Source: an uncultured bacterium
Lineage (GTDB): Bacteria > Babelota > Babeliae > Babelales > Babelaceae
Assembly (NCBI GenBank): GCA_963848965.1
Contig: CAWKFG010000004.1
Coordinates: 32,001 to 96,000 of the forward strand
Direction of reading: 5' to 3'
DNA length: 64,000 nt
Made by a program: the position numbers and the translations under genes. Below are positions 51,083 to 60,197 of this stretch, one piece after another. The notes below the pieces were generated by a model that was not told the origin of the DNA, ran no database searches, and saw nothing but the letters and a program-made list of their open reading frames with translations. How positions within the stretch are numbered: the first letter of the stretch is position 1; each line of letters begins with the position of its first letter.

Positions 51083-51115
51083 CGTGTATCTCCTTTTAAG
51101 GTATGTTAAATTTTC

Positions 51116-51144
51116 CTTGAGGAATACCACATGCATTCCTCAAG
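51116..51144. other. Stem-loop between precursor genes
   Basis: CTTGAGGAAT-N9-ATTCCTCAAG. Confidence 0.6.
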
Positions 51145-51304
51145 AATTAATAAACCTATTTTTCACGGGAAAGGATAAGCCATCCCAATCTTACTTCACC
51201 AGCAACCTTCGCCTACATCAAGGGGCTGTCTTCCTTCGTCTATCGGCAGCAGGCGAGCATTGCACCTGACATAACCATCTTTAGAAATCTAGTTAGTTTA
51301 CCTT

Positions 51305-51436
51305 CTAATGCCCACACCAATGAGGCCTTAGTCCAAGCTCATTTCTGTTACCATTGCAATACCCTAGAGTAAGTAATGATGCTTTCCCAATCTCAACGGC
51401 TCTACTTTCTTTTTTGTTTAGTTTTATCTTATGCAT
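51305..51436 (-). CDS. Lasso peptide precursor A2: MHKIKLNKKESRAVEIGKASLLTL|GYCNGNRNELGLRPHWCGH
   Basis: Manual translation; GAAAGGA RBS; Thr at -2; Gly1, Glu9; Cys3 and Cys17. Confidence 0.85.
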   Translation of the reverse strand: MHKIKLNKKESRAVEIGKASLLTLGYCNGNRNELGLRPHWCGH

Positions 51437-51454
51437 TGCAGTTCCTTTCATTAA

Positions 51455-52383
51455 GAGCCTATCTCTAAAATGGAAAAAAGGTTGAAAATATAATAAAATC
51501 TCCTTCTAAAGAATCGCGATCAACGATCAAGAAGGAGATTTACACATGTGTCATACAAAAAATTGTTATGAAGTATGCATAAACAAGAAGTTTCTTATAA
51601 CTCCAAATTTATGGAAAGATATAGAAAAAATAATACCAAAAATAAGCGAAAAATCAAAGCGGGGAAGACCCTCAATGGATATGAAAAGAGCAATAAATGG
51701 TATCTATTATCTGTTAAGGACAGGTATACAATGGAATGCATTGCCTAGATGCTTTGGATCGTACTCTGCTGTCCATAAACTGTTTCAAAAATTAAGGTCT
51801 GTCGAGTTCTTTAAATATTTATGGTATGCTGAACTTGACCAATATGATAAAATTCACGGACTTAGTCTAGAAACTCAAGCTGCTGATTGTGTTTATATTA
51901 AAGCGCCCTTGGGTTCAGAGAAAACAGGCAAGAGCCCAGTAGATAGGAGAAAATTAGGAACAAAACGAAGCATATTAACTGATAAAAACGGTATAGTTAT
52001 CGGTTGTGCGTTAGGTAGCGCTAATCAGCACGATTCTCAGCTATTTTTGGATACCTTATTATCCATTCCTAAGCATATATCCATGCCTTATAGCAAAATT
52101 ATAAGTTTAGATGCAGCTTATGATTCAGCGCAAATAAGAGCCTACTTGCTGCATTACAGCTATGTACCTAAAATAATGAAAAATAAAAGAAAAGCTAAAA
52201 ATAAAGTTTATGGTGTACCAGAAGGTTATCAACGCTGGTTCATTGAACCTACGCATTCATGGCTCAATCGGTTTAGGCGCTTGTTTGTTCGTTATGAAAA
52301 ATACGCTTTAAACTATATGGCTATGGTTTATTTTGCCGTAGCTATCATTATTTTTAACAAATTATGAATTTACGGATAGGCTC
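51455..52383 (+). mobile_element. IS5-family insertion sequence (IS1031-like), 929 bp
   Basis: Terminal IRs GAGCCTATCTCTAAAAT / ...AATTTACGGATAGGCTC; TAA direct repeats at 51452-51454 and 52384-52386; single transposase ORF. Confidence 0.88.
51546..52367 (+). CDS. IS5-family DDE transposase
   Basis: RGRP, GIYYLLRTGIQWNALP, DRRKLGTKRSILTD..G, AN.HDS, LDAAYDS, RWFIE..HSWLNRFRRL..RYEK. Confidence 0.92.
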   Translation: MCHTKNCYEVCINKKFLITPNLWKDIEKIIPKISEKSKRGRPSMDMKRAINGIYYLLRTGIQWNALPRCFGSYSAVHKLFQKLRSVEFFKYLWYAELDQYDKIHGLSLETQAADCVYIKAPLGSEKTGKSPVDRRKLGTKRSILTDKNGIVIGCALGSANQHDSQLFLDTLLSIPKHISMPYSKIISLDAAYDSAQIRAYLLHYSYVPKIMKNKRKAKNKVYGVPEGYQRWFIEPTHSWLNRFRRLFVRYEKYALNYMAMVYFAVAIIIFNKL

Positions 52384-52495
52384 TAAAGTATAATTAAACT
52401 TTATCATAAGAGTTTCTCTAATTAGCATTAAAGAATACATCAAACAATAGACTAAGTATTTTTAAAAGTAGTGGTTAAAGCTTTTGTAAGTAATC

Positions 52496-52657
52496 TCACA
52501 TCCATTTATTTACTTTTACCGGTAGCTCTAAACCATTAAAGCCTCTACCCATAGTAAGATTTACCGCTGAACCAATCTGCATAACAGAAGTTTGTAGGAA
52601 AAAAATCTTCTTATTATTAGCCTTATCTTTAATTACAGTACTATTTGTATAATGCAT
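52496..52657 (-). CDS. Lasso peptide precursor A3: MHYTNSTVIKDKANNKKIFFLQTSVMQIGSAVNLTM|GRGFNGLELPVKVNKWM
   Basis: Manual translation; GAAGGA RBS; IGSAVNLT leader end; Gly1, Glu8; paralog of A5. Confidence 0.85.
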   Translation of the reverse strand: MHYTNSTVIKDKANNKKIFFLQTSVMQIGSAVNLTMGRGFNGLELPVKVNKWM

Positions 52658-53128
52658 TTTTTCCTTCGATAGTAATTATAAATTGTGATCCTAAAAATAT
52701 ACGCAATAAAAATACTAACAAGATAAACCTTATTGTCAAATAGGCATCAAAATAGCGATTGTTACACTCTCTTAAAAAAGAACTAAAACAACAAAAAGCA
52801 TATGCTCTATTTAGAATTTTTTTATTATTATAATTTATTACTGCAACTAATAACTTTGGTATAATTTTCGATAGTAAACTATACATTTATCCTTACTCTA
52901 TCTCTAAAATAGCTTTATAAAAGCTGTTATAGTTGCGATAACAGCAAAAAGTCCTGTTATCATGAAGCTTAATATACTGAACACTGTTAATAATTATGTA
53001 TATGCCACTAGCATCTTACGTAGATATTTGACTTTTTAGAGCTATAAATCATACTGGAAAAAGTAATTTCTATACTCTGCAAAAATATTATAATGACAGG
53101 CTTCATTACTAAATCGAAAGGTATAATT

Positions 53129-53293
53129 GTGATTACTCCTCAAAATTACAAGCAAAAAAGTGCTCGCGTAAATACAGTGGCTATCAAAGAATTGGGTAGT
53201 GCTTGTTTTCTTACTCTTGGTTGGCAAACTAAGAATGCTAAAGAATACATGCGATCATCTTCTTATTTGAAAAACTCCAAGAGTAAGCTTTGA
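53129..53293 (+). CDS. Lasso peptide precursor A4: ...VAIKELGSACFLTL|GWQTKNAKEYMRSSSYLKNSKSKL (tail possibly chimeric)
   Basis: Within track ORF 53093..53293; GTG 53129 after GAAAGG; Thr at -2; Gly1, Glu9. Confidence 0.7.
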   Translation: MITPQNYKQKSARVNTVAIKELGSACFLTLGWQTKNAKEYMRSSSYLKNSKSKL

Positions 53294-53358
53294 GACAAGA
53301 CCTATTTAACAACTATTTTTTTGCTAGTTTTCTTAATAGCATTAAAAATTTTTTGCAT
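53259..53358 (-). pseudogene. Frameshifted copy of lasso precursor A6
   Basis: MQKIFNAIKKTSKKIVV[fs]IGLVSKLTL|GVF[fs]SNKK aligns to 60198..60335 with two small deletions; truncated. Confidence 0.75.
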
Positions 53359-53465
53359 ACTATATTCCTTTAAATTAAATAGCACTGTAGAGATAAACTT
53401 TATGAATTTTAAACAAATAATATTTGTCGAATGTCAAGCGAGTAGTTTTTTATGAAATACGTTTA

Positions 53466-53588
53466 AGTAAAATGCAGCAATTCTTACTATTATACTATGT
53501 AAATTAATTATATATCTGAGATGAAATATTCTTAAAGCATAATACACTTAACTTGACATTTAAAAAACTTAAAGCATACTAGAAAAAA
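53466..53588 (+). repeat. 123-bp block duplicated at 60517..60639 (promoter region)
   Basis: One mismatch by eye; contains TTGACA-16 bp-CATACT and two copies of CTTAAAGCATA. Confidence 0.9.
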
Positions 53589-53716
53589 GAAAACTTGACA
53601 TCTTGTAAGATCACACAAAAAACAGCATTTTTTAATCTTGATGATAAGCTATATGCTGAAGCAGAATAGCATATACGCATAAGAAGAGCTGTAATTTTTA
53701 ATTGAAAAGTATCTGT

Positions 53717-53883
53717 ATGTTTATAAGACAAAATATTCAATAGAAAGATTGTATCAAAGTAAATACCGTTAAGATAACCAGAGCAATAGTTAAGGAGCCC
53801 GGCAATAGCTCAGCCCTTACGCTTGGAATACTAAAAATGCTAAAGAATATATGAGAACTTCGTGTATTTGGGTGAAAAGCTAA
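53717..53883 (+). pseudogene. Decayed lasso precursor, paralog of A4
   Basis: MFIRQNIQ*KDCIKVNTVKITRAIVKEPGNSSALTLG[fs]NTKNAKEYMRTSCIWVKS*. Confidence 0.7.
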
Positions 53884-53990
53884 AAATCAATAGAGGATTT
53901 ATAGACATCTTAATCATAAAAACTATCTAGTCAGTGTAGTTTAATCAAGCAGTTATATTAATCAAGGAGGGAATAAATTTAGGGGAAACT

Positions 53991-56900
53991 ATGAAAAATG
54001 TATGTTCTTTTGTTTTAACCGTATGTCTTTTGTCTTTTCAACTGAGTAAGCCAATGGAAAAGGAGACAGCCAGAGAACAAGATATACAAGAAGACAAAGA
54101 AAACATTATATATTTAGAAAGCATTGAAGGAGAACTTGTTCCTTTATCGAGCTCATATCTTCCTCCTGCTTTTGCTTTCACAGTATCTGCTTATCCAGCC
54201 TCTCTAGTTCCTATAAAACAACCATTAGATACTTTAACTTTAGCATGTGATATCCTGCAAGCAAAAAATAAAGATATCTCTCGCCTTATCAATGATTATA
54301 TTGCAGGAGGTTACCTAGAAAGATTCAAACCTGCTCCTTTAAAGAAACCAATTAGAGATGTATTACAAAAGGTTCGTACACTCATAGAAACTCTTCAATT
54401 TCTAAAAATAAGCCAAGAATGCTTGGCCCGTACCTTAAAATACTGCCTACATAATGAACATGTACAGAAAGCTATAACGAGTAAGCTCTTTGTTTATTTA
54501 GAAAGCAAAGAAGGTACCTTGGTTTCTTTTCCGCTTCAATTTCTTCCTCCAGATTTCACTCGAAGATTACCTCAGATAAACCTCGATTTTATAGACAATG
54601 ATATCGTCATCGATTGTAATGACTACCCTACTCGCACTTTAGAGCTTGCACGCGAAATTTTGATACACTACATAGGACTTATCTCTACTACTTACAAAGA
54701 AGCTCATCAACAAGCACTATTAAACAAAGTTGAAGACTATTTGAAGACAGACTCTTCTAATGGAATCATACAAAAAGCGCAAAATCTTTTGAAATTAGTA
54801 AGGTTTCTTAGAGTAAGCCAAGACTGCTTTAACGCTCTTTTACAAAAATGTGCAGCAATAATTAAATGCGATCAAAAAGAACTTTTTTATTCTTGCGATG
54901 CTTTTCATAAAGAGATAGCAGAAGAGAATCTCAAGTCGTGTATACGACCATTAGAAGAGCAAAGCAGCTGGCATCCTTTATCCCTTCACTCTCCTCAAAA
55001 ACAGAGTCTCTCCTTTTCAGTAAAGAAGCTTGAAGATCTACTTTATATAGCTCCTCAGAAAAGAAGAGAACTTGCATTTACTATAGCACTAAAGTATGAA
55101 GATAGAAATATTCATTTGCCTGTTCAGCACCTTATTGATCACAAATCATGGCAAGCTTTAGATGTACTCTGTGGACCTAAATCAAATCCTGAATCATATT
55201 TTGCACATGCTATTGACCGTACATCAACAGAAATAGGAAAAGCGCTCTTTTATTCAAAGCTTCTACAGCCTCTTGATGCTATCCAAGAGCTCAAGAAAAG
55301 GCAATCCATTGTTCAAGAGCTTGCTGGCAACAAAGAGATCTTTGATAAGCTTGATGGGTTATTCAAAGATTTCTTTAGTGAGCTTAAAGGCAAAAATGAA
55401 CAAATGGAAGCAAAAAAATATGAGAATAATATATTAGCCTTCTTTACAGAAAACGATCCCTTTAAAGAATTACTCAAGCTTGATATCACCAATCTCAAGG
55501 GAGCCGCAAAATGGATAAACTCTAACGAGCTCATGGTAACGCTAAAAAGAGGTAAAGATATTATTCCAGATATCATTATCAATATAACAACAAAACAGAT
55601 AAAAAATATTATTCCACAACAGATTAAACAGCTCTTTGACGCGTTTATGCCTGCACTTGCTTCTGAGGCAGGCTCCTGGGCAGCTTCTCAAGCTTGGAAC
55701 TCATTATCTACAAAATTTTTTCCTGACCCTGCTCATCTATCACCACGCTTACTCCAATGGGCGGCTTCTGCTGTAAGCAAAGTACCAAAGGCACATATAC
55801 AGCAAACCATGATGCTTCTTGTTGCAAAGTTTATCTGCTCATTAACATGCTCTAGCGACGAAGATGATTTTGTTAAAGGAATGGTAGAGATGAACTTCTG
55901 TCTTCAGACAAGGCTTATATTACTTGCAAAATATATTACTCTCATGAAAAATGTCTATAATATAGTAAGCACATCACCTAAACTTAAAGAGTATCTACCG
56001 TTTCTAGAAGCCCTCGATCTTGGGCAGGAGCATCATCAAGATATTCTCGCTCATCTCTGGTATTGGTGTAATGAGCTTACTCATCCTGCATCGTTTGAAC
56101 AGTTTATCAATAAGCTCTGTACTGCTACTTTTGATGAAAAAGATGACTCTTGGGCAAAATATCATTTCGGTCGAATAATAGCAACGTATTGCCTTGTTGA
56201 AGTTCATAAAGAACGGCTTTTTGAGGCAGTTATGGCACTATCTGAGCTTGATTCATATCTTTCAGTTGCACGATTGTATAATGAATCGCAGGATAAACCA
56301 AATAAGTATAGCTTTGTCAATTATGATACGTCAGAAACACCCATTATTGATCTTAAAAACTTTTGGAATCCTTGTGTTGGATATAATGCAGTAGCTAATA
56401 CCCTAACTATGGGTACTGATAACCATCCAAAAGACATTATCATTACAGGCCCAAACACGGGTGGCAAATCAACACTCATGAGAGCTCTTATCTTCACCAT
56501 TCTTATGGCACAATCAGTAGGAATAGCTCCTGCTCAACCAGGTTCACATATTACGCTATTTTCAAATATACGAGCGTATCTTAACATCACTGATGATGCT
56601 TCACAAGATGCGTCCTTATTCAAAGCAAGTGCTCAACGAGCCCGAGAGCTTTTAGATGCTGCATTAAAAACAAGAGGACTTTCTCTTACACTCTTTGATG
56701 AAATATATAATGGAACTGATCCTAAGTTAGGTGAATCATTAGCATATGCTACTCTTAAATTTCTTAACGATAGCGCTCGCTTTTCTCACAACATGTGTAT
56801 AACTACAACTCACTTTCCCTGTGTTCAAAAGCTACGCAGAGAGCATACAGGAACTGCATTAGGTACTAATTTTGGATATTTTAGAGTATTTGATATAGAA

Positions 56901-57497
56901 GATCCTAACACCCTCTTTAAAATTAAACCTGGTATTTGTACTAAATCAAATGCTTTTAAAGTAGCAGAGGATAGCTTCAAACTGAGTGAAGATAATAACT
57001 TATACTCAAAGATTCTTGAAGATGCAAAAGAATATTATGGACAGAATTTTGAAGAACAAAAGGGCATACTTGCAGATCCTCATTACTTGGATTTATTGAG
57101 AAGGTCTCCTACTGCATTACTTGAAATGATCCAATTAATAAAAAGCAGCCCTAATCGATGTAAAGAATACCAAGATCTCCTTTTAAGAATGGCGTACCTT
57201 GATAGTTTTATAGCACTTATTGAGCATAAGAAAAATATCTTAGCAGAGAATAATATCACTCTTGCTACATTACTTAACCTTACTAATTCTCAAGGTAGAA
57301 CAGTTCTTCATAACGGAGCACTTGATCTTATTGAAGATGAAGCTCTTATAACAAAACTCATAAACTATGGAGCAAATCCACAAGTGACAGATAACTATGG
57401 AAGAAAACCATTACACTATACTCAAAAGAATACCCTTATAGAAGAGCTGCTCAATCGCTATGAAAGACCGGCCCGCTCAAAGTCAATAAAATTATAA
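53991..57497 (+). CDS. Signal-peptide protein: two N-terminal Skp1/BTB-like repeats + MutS-family ATPase domain + C-terminal ankyrin repeats
   Basis: SKP|MEK; repeated YLES.EG.LV..; MutS domain V motifs IITGPNTGGKST, SLFK, LFDEIYNGTD, TTHF; GRTVLH/GRKPLHY ankyrin. Confidence 0.75.
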   Translation: MKNVCSFVLTVCLLSFQLSKPMEKETAREQDIQEDKENIIYLESIEGELVPLSSSYLPPAFAFTVSAYPASLVPIKQPLDTLTLACDILQAKNKDISRLINDYIAGGYLERFKPAPLKKPIRDVLQKVRTLIETLQFLKISQECLARTLKYCLHNEHVQKAITSKLFVYLESKEGTLVSFPLQFLPPDFTRRLPQINLDFIDNDIVIDCNDYPTRTLELAREILIHYIGLISTTYKEAHQQALLNKVEDYLKTDSSNGIIQKAQNLLKLVRFLRVSQDCFNALLQKCAAIIKCDQKELFYSCDAFHKEIAEENLKSCIRPLEEQSSWHPLSLHSPQKQSLSFSVKKLEDLLYIAPQKRRELAFTIALKYEDRNIHLPVQHLIDHKSWQALDVLCGPKSNPESYFAHAIDRTSTEIGKALFYSKLLQPLDAIQELKKRQSIVQELAGNKEIFDKLDGLFKDFFSELKGKNEQMEAKKYENNILAFFTENDPFKELLKLDITNLKGAAKWINSNELMVTLKRGKDIIPDIIINITTKQIKNIIPQQIKQLFDAFMPALASEAGSWAASQAWNSLSTKFFPDPAHLSPRLLQWAASAVSKVPKAHIQQTMMLLVAKFICSLTCSSDEDDFVKGMVEMNFCLQTRLILLAKYITLMKNVYNIVSTSPKLKEYLPFLEALDLGQEHHQDILAHLWYWCNELTHPASFEQFINKLCTATFDEKDDSWAKYHFGRIIATYCLVEVHKERLFEAVMALSELDSYLSVARLYNESQDKPNKYSFVNYDTSETPIIDLKNFWNPCVGYNAVANTLTMGTDNHPKDIIITGPNTGGKSTLMRALIFTILMAQSVGIAPAQPGSHITLFSNIRAYLNITDDASQDASLFKASAQRARELLDAALKTRGLSLTLFDEIYNGTDPKLGESLAYATLKFLNDSARFSHNMCITTTHFPCVQKLRREHTGTALGTNFGYFRVFDIEDPNTLFKIKPGICTKSNAFKVAEDSFKLSEDNNLYSKILEDAKEYYGQNFEEQKGILADPHYLDLLRRSPTALLEMIQLIKSSPNRCKEYQDLLLRMAYLDSFIALIEHKKNILAENNITLATLLNLTNSQGRTVLHNGALDLIEDEALITKLINYGANPQVTDNYGRKPLHYTQKNTLIEELLNRYERPARSKSIKL

Positions 57498-57530
57498 CTC
57501 GATAAGAAAACAGTACGAAAGGATACTTGT

Positions 57531-58880
57531 ATGAATCATCTGTTAAAGAAGAGAAGCAAACAAGCGTTATTTTTTGTGAGCCTCTCTTTTACCTCTTTAT
57601 CATTACTGGGTATGCAAAAAGCGCCTTCACCACATGATAGAGCTAGCAATATAGAAGAAGGATCTAAAAGCAACCGAAGGAGAGCTCTCCTTTTAGGATT
57701 AAAACAGTCAAGTGTATCATCAAGTGATGGCCAAACCATTATTCTTGAGCCCTATTTACTTTCGCCGGAAGCCCTAGAGTATATTACCGACAACCGAGAG
57801 CAATTTGATGGTGAATTAAGTACTAACGTATGGAAACTTATTTTTTGGCTCTACCGTACTAGTAACGATATTGATAGCAGTTCTCCTGTTACTTTTAATG
57901 ATGACCCCTTCATTGAATACAAGGTTAAAAATCAAGATGTATTAAAGCTGATAGGGAGGCTACCACTTCTTTACCTCAAAGATTCAGTTTTAGAGACATT
58001 CATAAAAGCTTATGTTGCTTTTAGTAAGGGAACCATAGATGCCAAAGCTCTCTTACATTATCATGATACTCTTTATACTAGTGAGCCCAGCTCTCGACAA
58101 AGAGATCTTTATCAAAAGCTGTGCCTAACCTTGCTTGATAAGTGTTACTATTTACGCTATAAAAAGCATCTTCCTTTTGCTCAAGAGCTTTTAGGAACTG
58201 TATCAATTCAAGAATTATTAGAGCATGGGAGAATTACGTTTCCTCAAGCATCGTTTCATCAACTTAGAAGTACTCTCCACAATGAGGAAGGCAGCTCATT
58301 TTTACCAGAAAACCCAACACTCAAGCTTCGAGATAGTTCCTTGTCAAGTCTTAATGGATGGCAAACTATTTTGAACAATATACAAGCAGATAGTATCTAT
58401 GCAATTGATTTAAGTAATAACTGCTTACAAACGCTTGACCCTCTTTCTGAGCTTACAAACTTTAAAGCGCTTACCGTACTTAGGTTAGATCATAATAAAT
58501 TAAAAACTCTCCCCTTAGAATTACTTAAAGATTGTACCGCTCTTATGGTACTTGATCTTTCGCATAACCCATTAAATGAATTTTCTCCAGAAGACCTTGC
58601 TGTACTTATAGCTCCATGTTCACATCTTCAAGAGCTCTCTATTGCTCATACAGATATGAAGGGAAAGCTTACTGCAGAGCACTTTGCGCGTAACCCTTCT
58701 TTAAAAAAAATAGATTACAAGAATTGTTCACAGTTGTGTGTTTCAGAATCTGTAGATAAACTAAATGCTATGCGTGAGGAATTTACTTTAGATAACAGAT
58801 TTGTCGTTATAGGCGGCTTTTTAGCTTTTATAGTAATAGCTATTCTTGTAGGAAAACATATTATGCATCGTTCTGCATAA
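57531..58880 (+). CDS. Signal-peptide leucine-rich-repeat protein with C-terminal TM helix
   Basis: LLG|MQK; IDLSNNCL, LRLDHNKL, LDLSHNPL, LSIAHT; C-terminal FVVIGGFLAFIVIAILVG. Confidence 0.82.
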   Translation: MNHLLKKRSKQALFFVSLSFTSLSLLGMQKAPSPHDRASNIEEGSKSNRRRALLLGLKQSSVSSSDGQTIILEPYLLSPEALEYITDNREQFDGELSTNVWKLIFWLYRTSNDIDSSSPVTFNDDPFIEYKVKNQDVLKLIGRLPLLYLKDSVLETFIKAYVAFSKGTIDAKALLHYHDTLYTSEPSSRQRDLYQKLCLTLLDKCYYLRYKKHLPFAQELLGTVSIQELLEHGRITFPQASFHQLRSTLHNEEGSSFLPENPTLKLRDSSLSSLNGWQTILNNIQADSIYAIDLSNNCLQTLDPLSELTNFKALTVLRLDHNKLKTLPLELLKDCTALMVLDLSHNPLNEFSPEDLAVLIAPCSHLQELSIAHTDMKGKLTAEHFARNPSLKKIDYKNCSQLCVSESVDKLNAMREEFTLDNRFVVIGGFLAFIVIAILVGKHIMHRSA

Positions 58881-59049
58881 GTGATATATACGTAAAGGAC
58901 CCCAAGTGTAAATAAGCACTTGTATATGAATTTAAGATTAAAGCTTAGTTACTATACCTTACATCTTTCTCTTATACATATGGCAATTGCTTATATCTAC
59001 AAGCAACAAAATGCCGTTATCTTAACTTATTAATAGAAAGGAATAAAAC

Positions 59050-59156
59050 ATACAGCGTACTATTAAAAAGCTCGGTGCCGCCTCTGGTTTAAACCCACGG
59101 TACTGCCATCAAAGCGTTTTGAGGGCGGCCTGTGAGCTGGGCTTACTTACGAATAG
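59050..59156 (+). pseudogene. Decayed lasso precursor
   Basis: After GAAAGGA: (ATA)QRTIKKLGAASGL[fs]TH|GTAIKAF[fs]EGGL*AGLTYE*. Confidence 0.55.
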
Positions 59157-59210
59157 TAATTATAAGATTAAATCCTGGTATTACTATAATAAATTAAACG
59201 AAAGGTCACT

Positions 59211-59735
59211 ATGAAGTTTATTTTATTCTCATTCTTTACAGTTGCTTTCCTTATGTCTTCGGTTCAGGCAATGGAGCCTGCAGATAACCAAGGCAGAAAA
59301 ACGCAAGACCAAGCTATGACAACAAAAGATTTGCTAGAGCGAGGATTCCAACACCAAAGCCAAAGTAGCTTAGGAATTGGATTACTTGGTGCTGGGACAC
59401 TTTTATTTCTCTATGGCATAGCAAATGGTTCAATGGGGGCTGGTTTATTGAGTCTCTGTGCAGCTGCTGGCGGCTTACTTGCACTGCCTACACATCCTCT
59501 TACTGAAGAAGAAAAGAGAAAGCTTGAGGAAGCTAGAAGTATGTGTAAACCTGAATATAACCGGGGATATAATGAGGGATACTCACAAGGATATTACCAA
59601 GGGTATAATAGTGGACATAGTCAGAGTCAAAATTCTGGTACCGCACAAGGATATTCTCAAGGCTATAATCACGGGTACTCCCAAGGGCAAAATTCCTCTC
59701 CAGGTGCTGGGTCTCTCTTTAAAACTAATAAATAA
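59211..59735 (+). CDS. Signal-peptide membrane protein with GYxx tetrapeptide repeats
   Basis: VQA|MEP; two Gly-rich TM helices; YNRGYNEGYSQGYYQGYNSG...QGYSQGYNHGYSQG. Confidence 0.7.
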   Translation: MKFILFSFFTVAFLMSSVQAMEPADNQGRKTQDQAMTTKDLLERGFQHQSQSSLGIGLLGAGTLLFLYGIANGSMGAGLLSLCAAAGGLLALPTHPLTEEEKRKLEEARSMCKPEYNRGYNEGYSQGYYQGYNSGHSQSQNSGTAQGYSQGYNHGYSQGQNSSPGAGSLFKTNK

Positions 59736-59798
59736 ACTGTTTCTGCAGAAAAACTTTTCTTAAACAGTACTCGGTAATCTCTGTAAGAGAGCATAATA

Positions 59799-59824
59799 AA
59801 ACCCCAGCTTTATCGGCTGGGGTT
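59799..59824. terminator. Terminator between convergent gene 59211 and precursor A5
   Basis: AACCCCAGC-TTTATCG-GCTGGGGTT. Confidence 0.7.
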
Positions 59825-59844
59825 ATAAACTGTTTGGGTATAGT

Positions 59845-59994
59845 TTATTTTTTAATTGGCCACTTATTACCTTTAACAGGTAATTCTAAACCATTTCCTT
59901 TAATACCCATAGTAAGAGTCACTGCTGAGCCAACTGAAACAACTGCGCTCTGTAGTTTTGAAGCTATTTTATTATGTGTTTTTTTATGTAACAT
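59845..59994 (-). CDS. Lasso peptide precursor A5: MLHKKTHNKIASKLQSAVVSVGSAVTLTM|GIKGNGLELPVKGNKWPIKK
   Basis: Manual translation; GAAAGGA RBS; Thr at -2; Gly1, Glu8; divergent from lasso B/C. Confidence 0.88.
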   Translation of the reverse strand: MLHKKTHNKIASKLQSAVVSVGSAVTLTMGIKGNGLELPVKGNKWPIKK

Positions 59995-60041
59995 GAGTAT
60001 CCTTTCTCATAAAATAATTAAAAAATGTCTTAACAAAAAGT

Positions 60042-60192
60042 TTATCTTTCTGAACGGTTTGTCATCCAACCTGGTCTTATAAGCTCAGATCGCTTTGAAG
60101 TAATGGCCTACGCGGTAGCTATGTATAATAGCCTATTTTGCAGACTAAATGTTTTTTCCTAGCTACTTTATTTAAATTACAAATTTTTTCAT
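60042..60192 (-). pseudogene. Decayed lasso precursor related to A6
   Basis: MKK[fs]...VCKIG...[stops/fs]AITSKRSELIRPGWMTNRSER*, compare A6 core SNKKSELFRPTW. Confidence 0.65.
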
Positions 60193-60197
60193 AGTCA

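Noticed and set aside
52641..52886. 81-aa minus-strand ORF upstream of precursor A3
   Set aside because: Has an RBS-like sequence but no lasso motif or recognisable domain; coding status unsupported
53991..57497. Canonical mismatch-repair mutS
   Set aside because: No mismatch-recognition domain (GxFYE) seen; has a signal peptide and ankyrins, so no gene symbol assigned
59834..60082. ORF-track + strand 82-aa ORF
   Set aside because: Antisense shadow of precursor A5, which has the RBS and lasso motif
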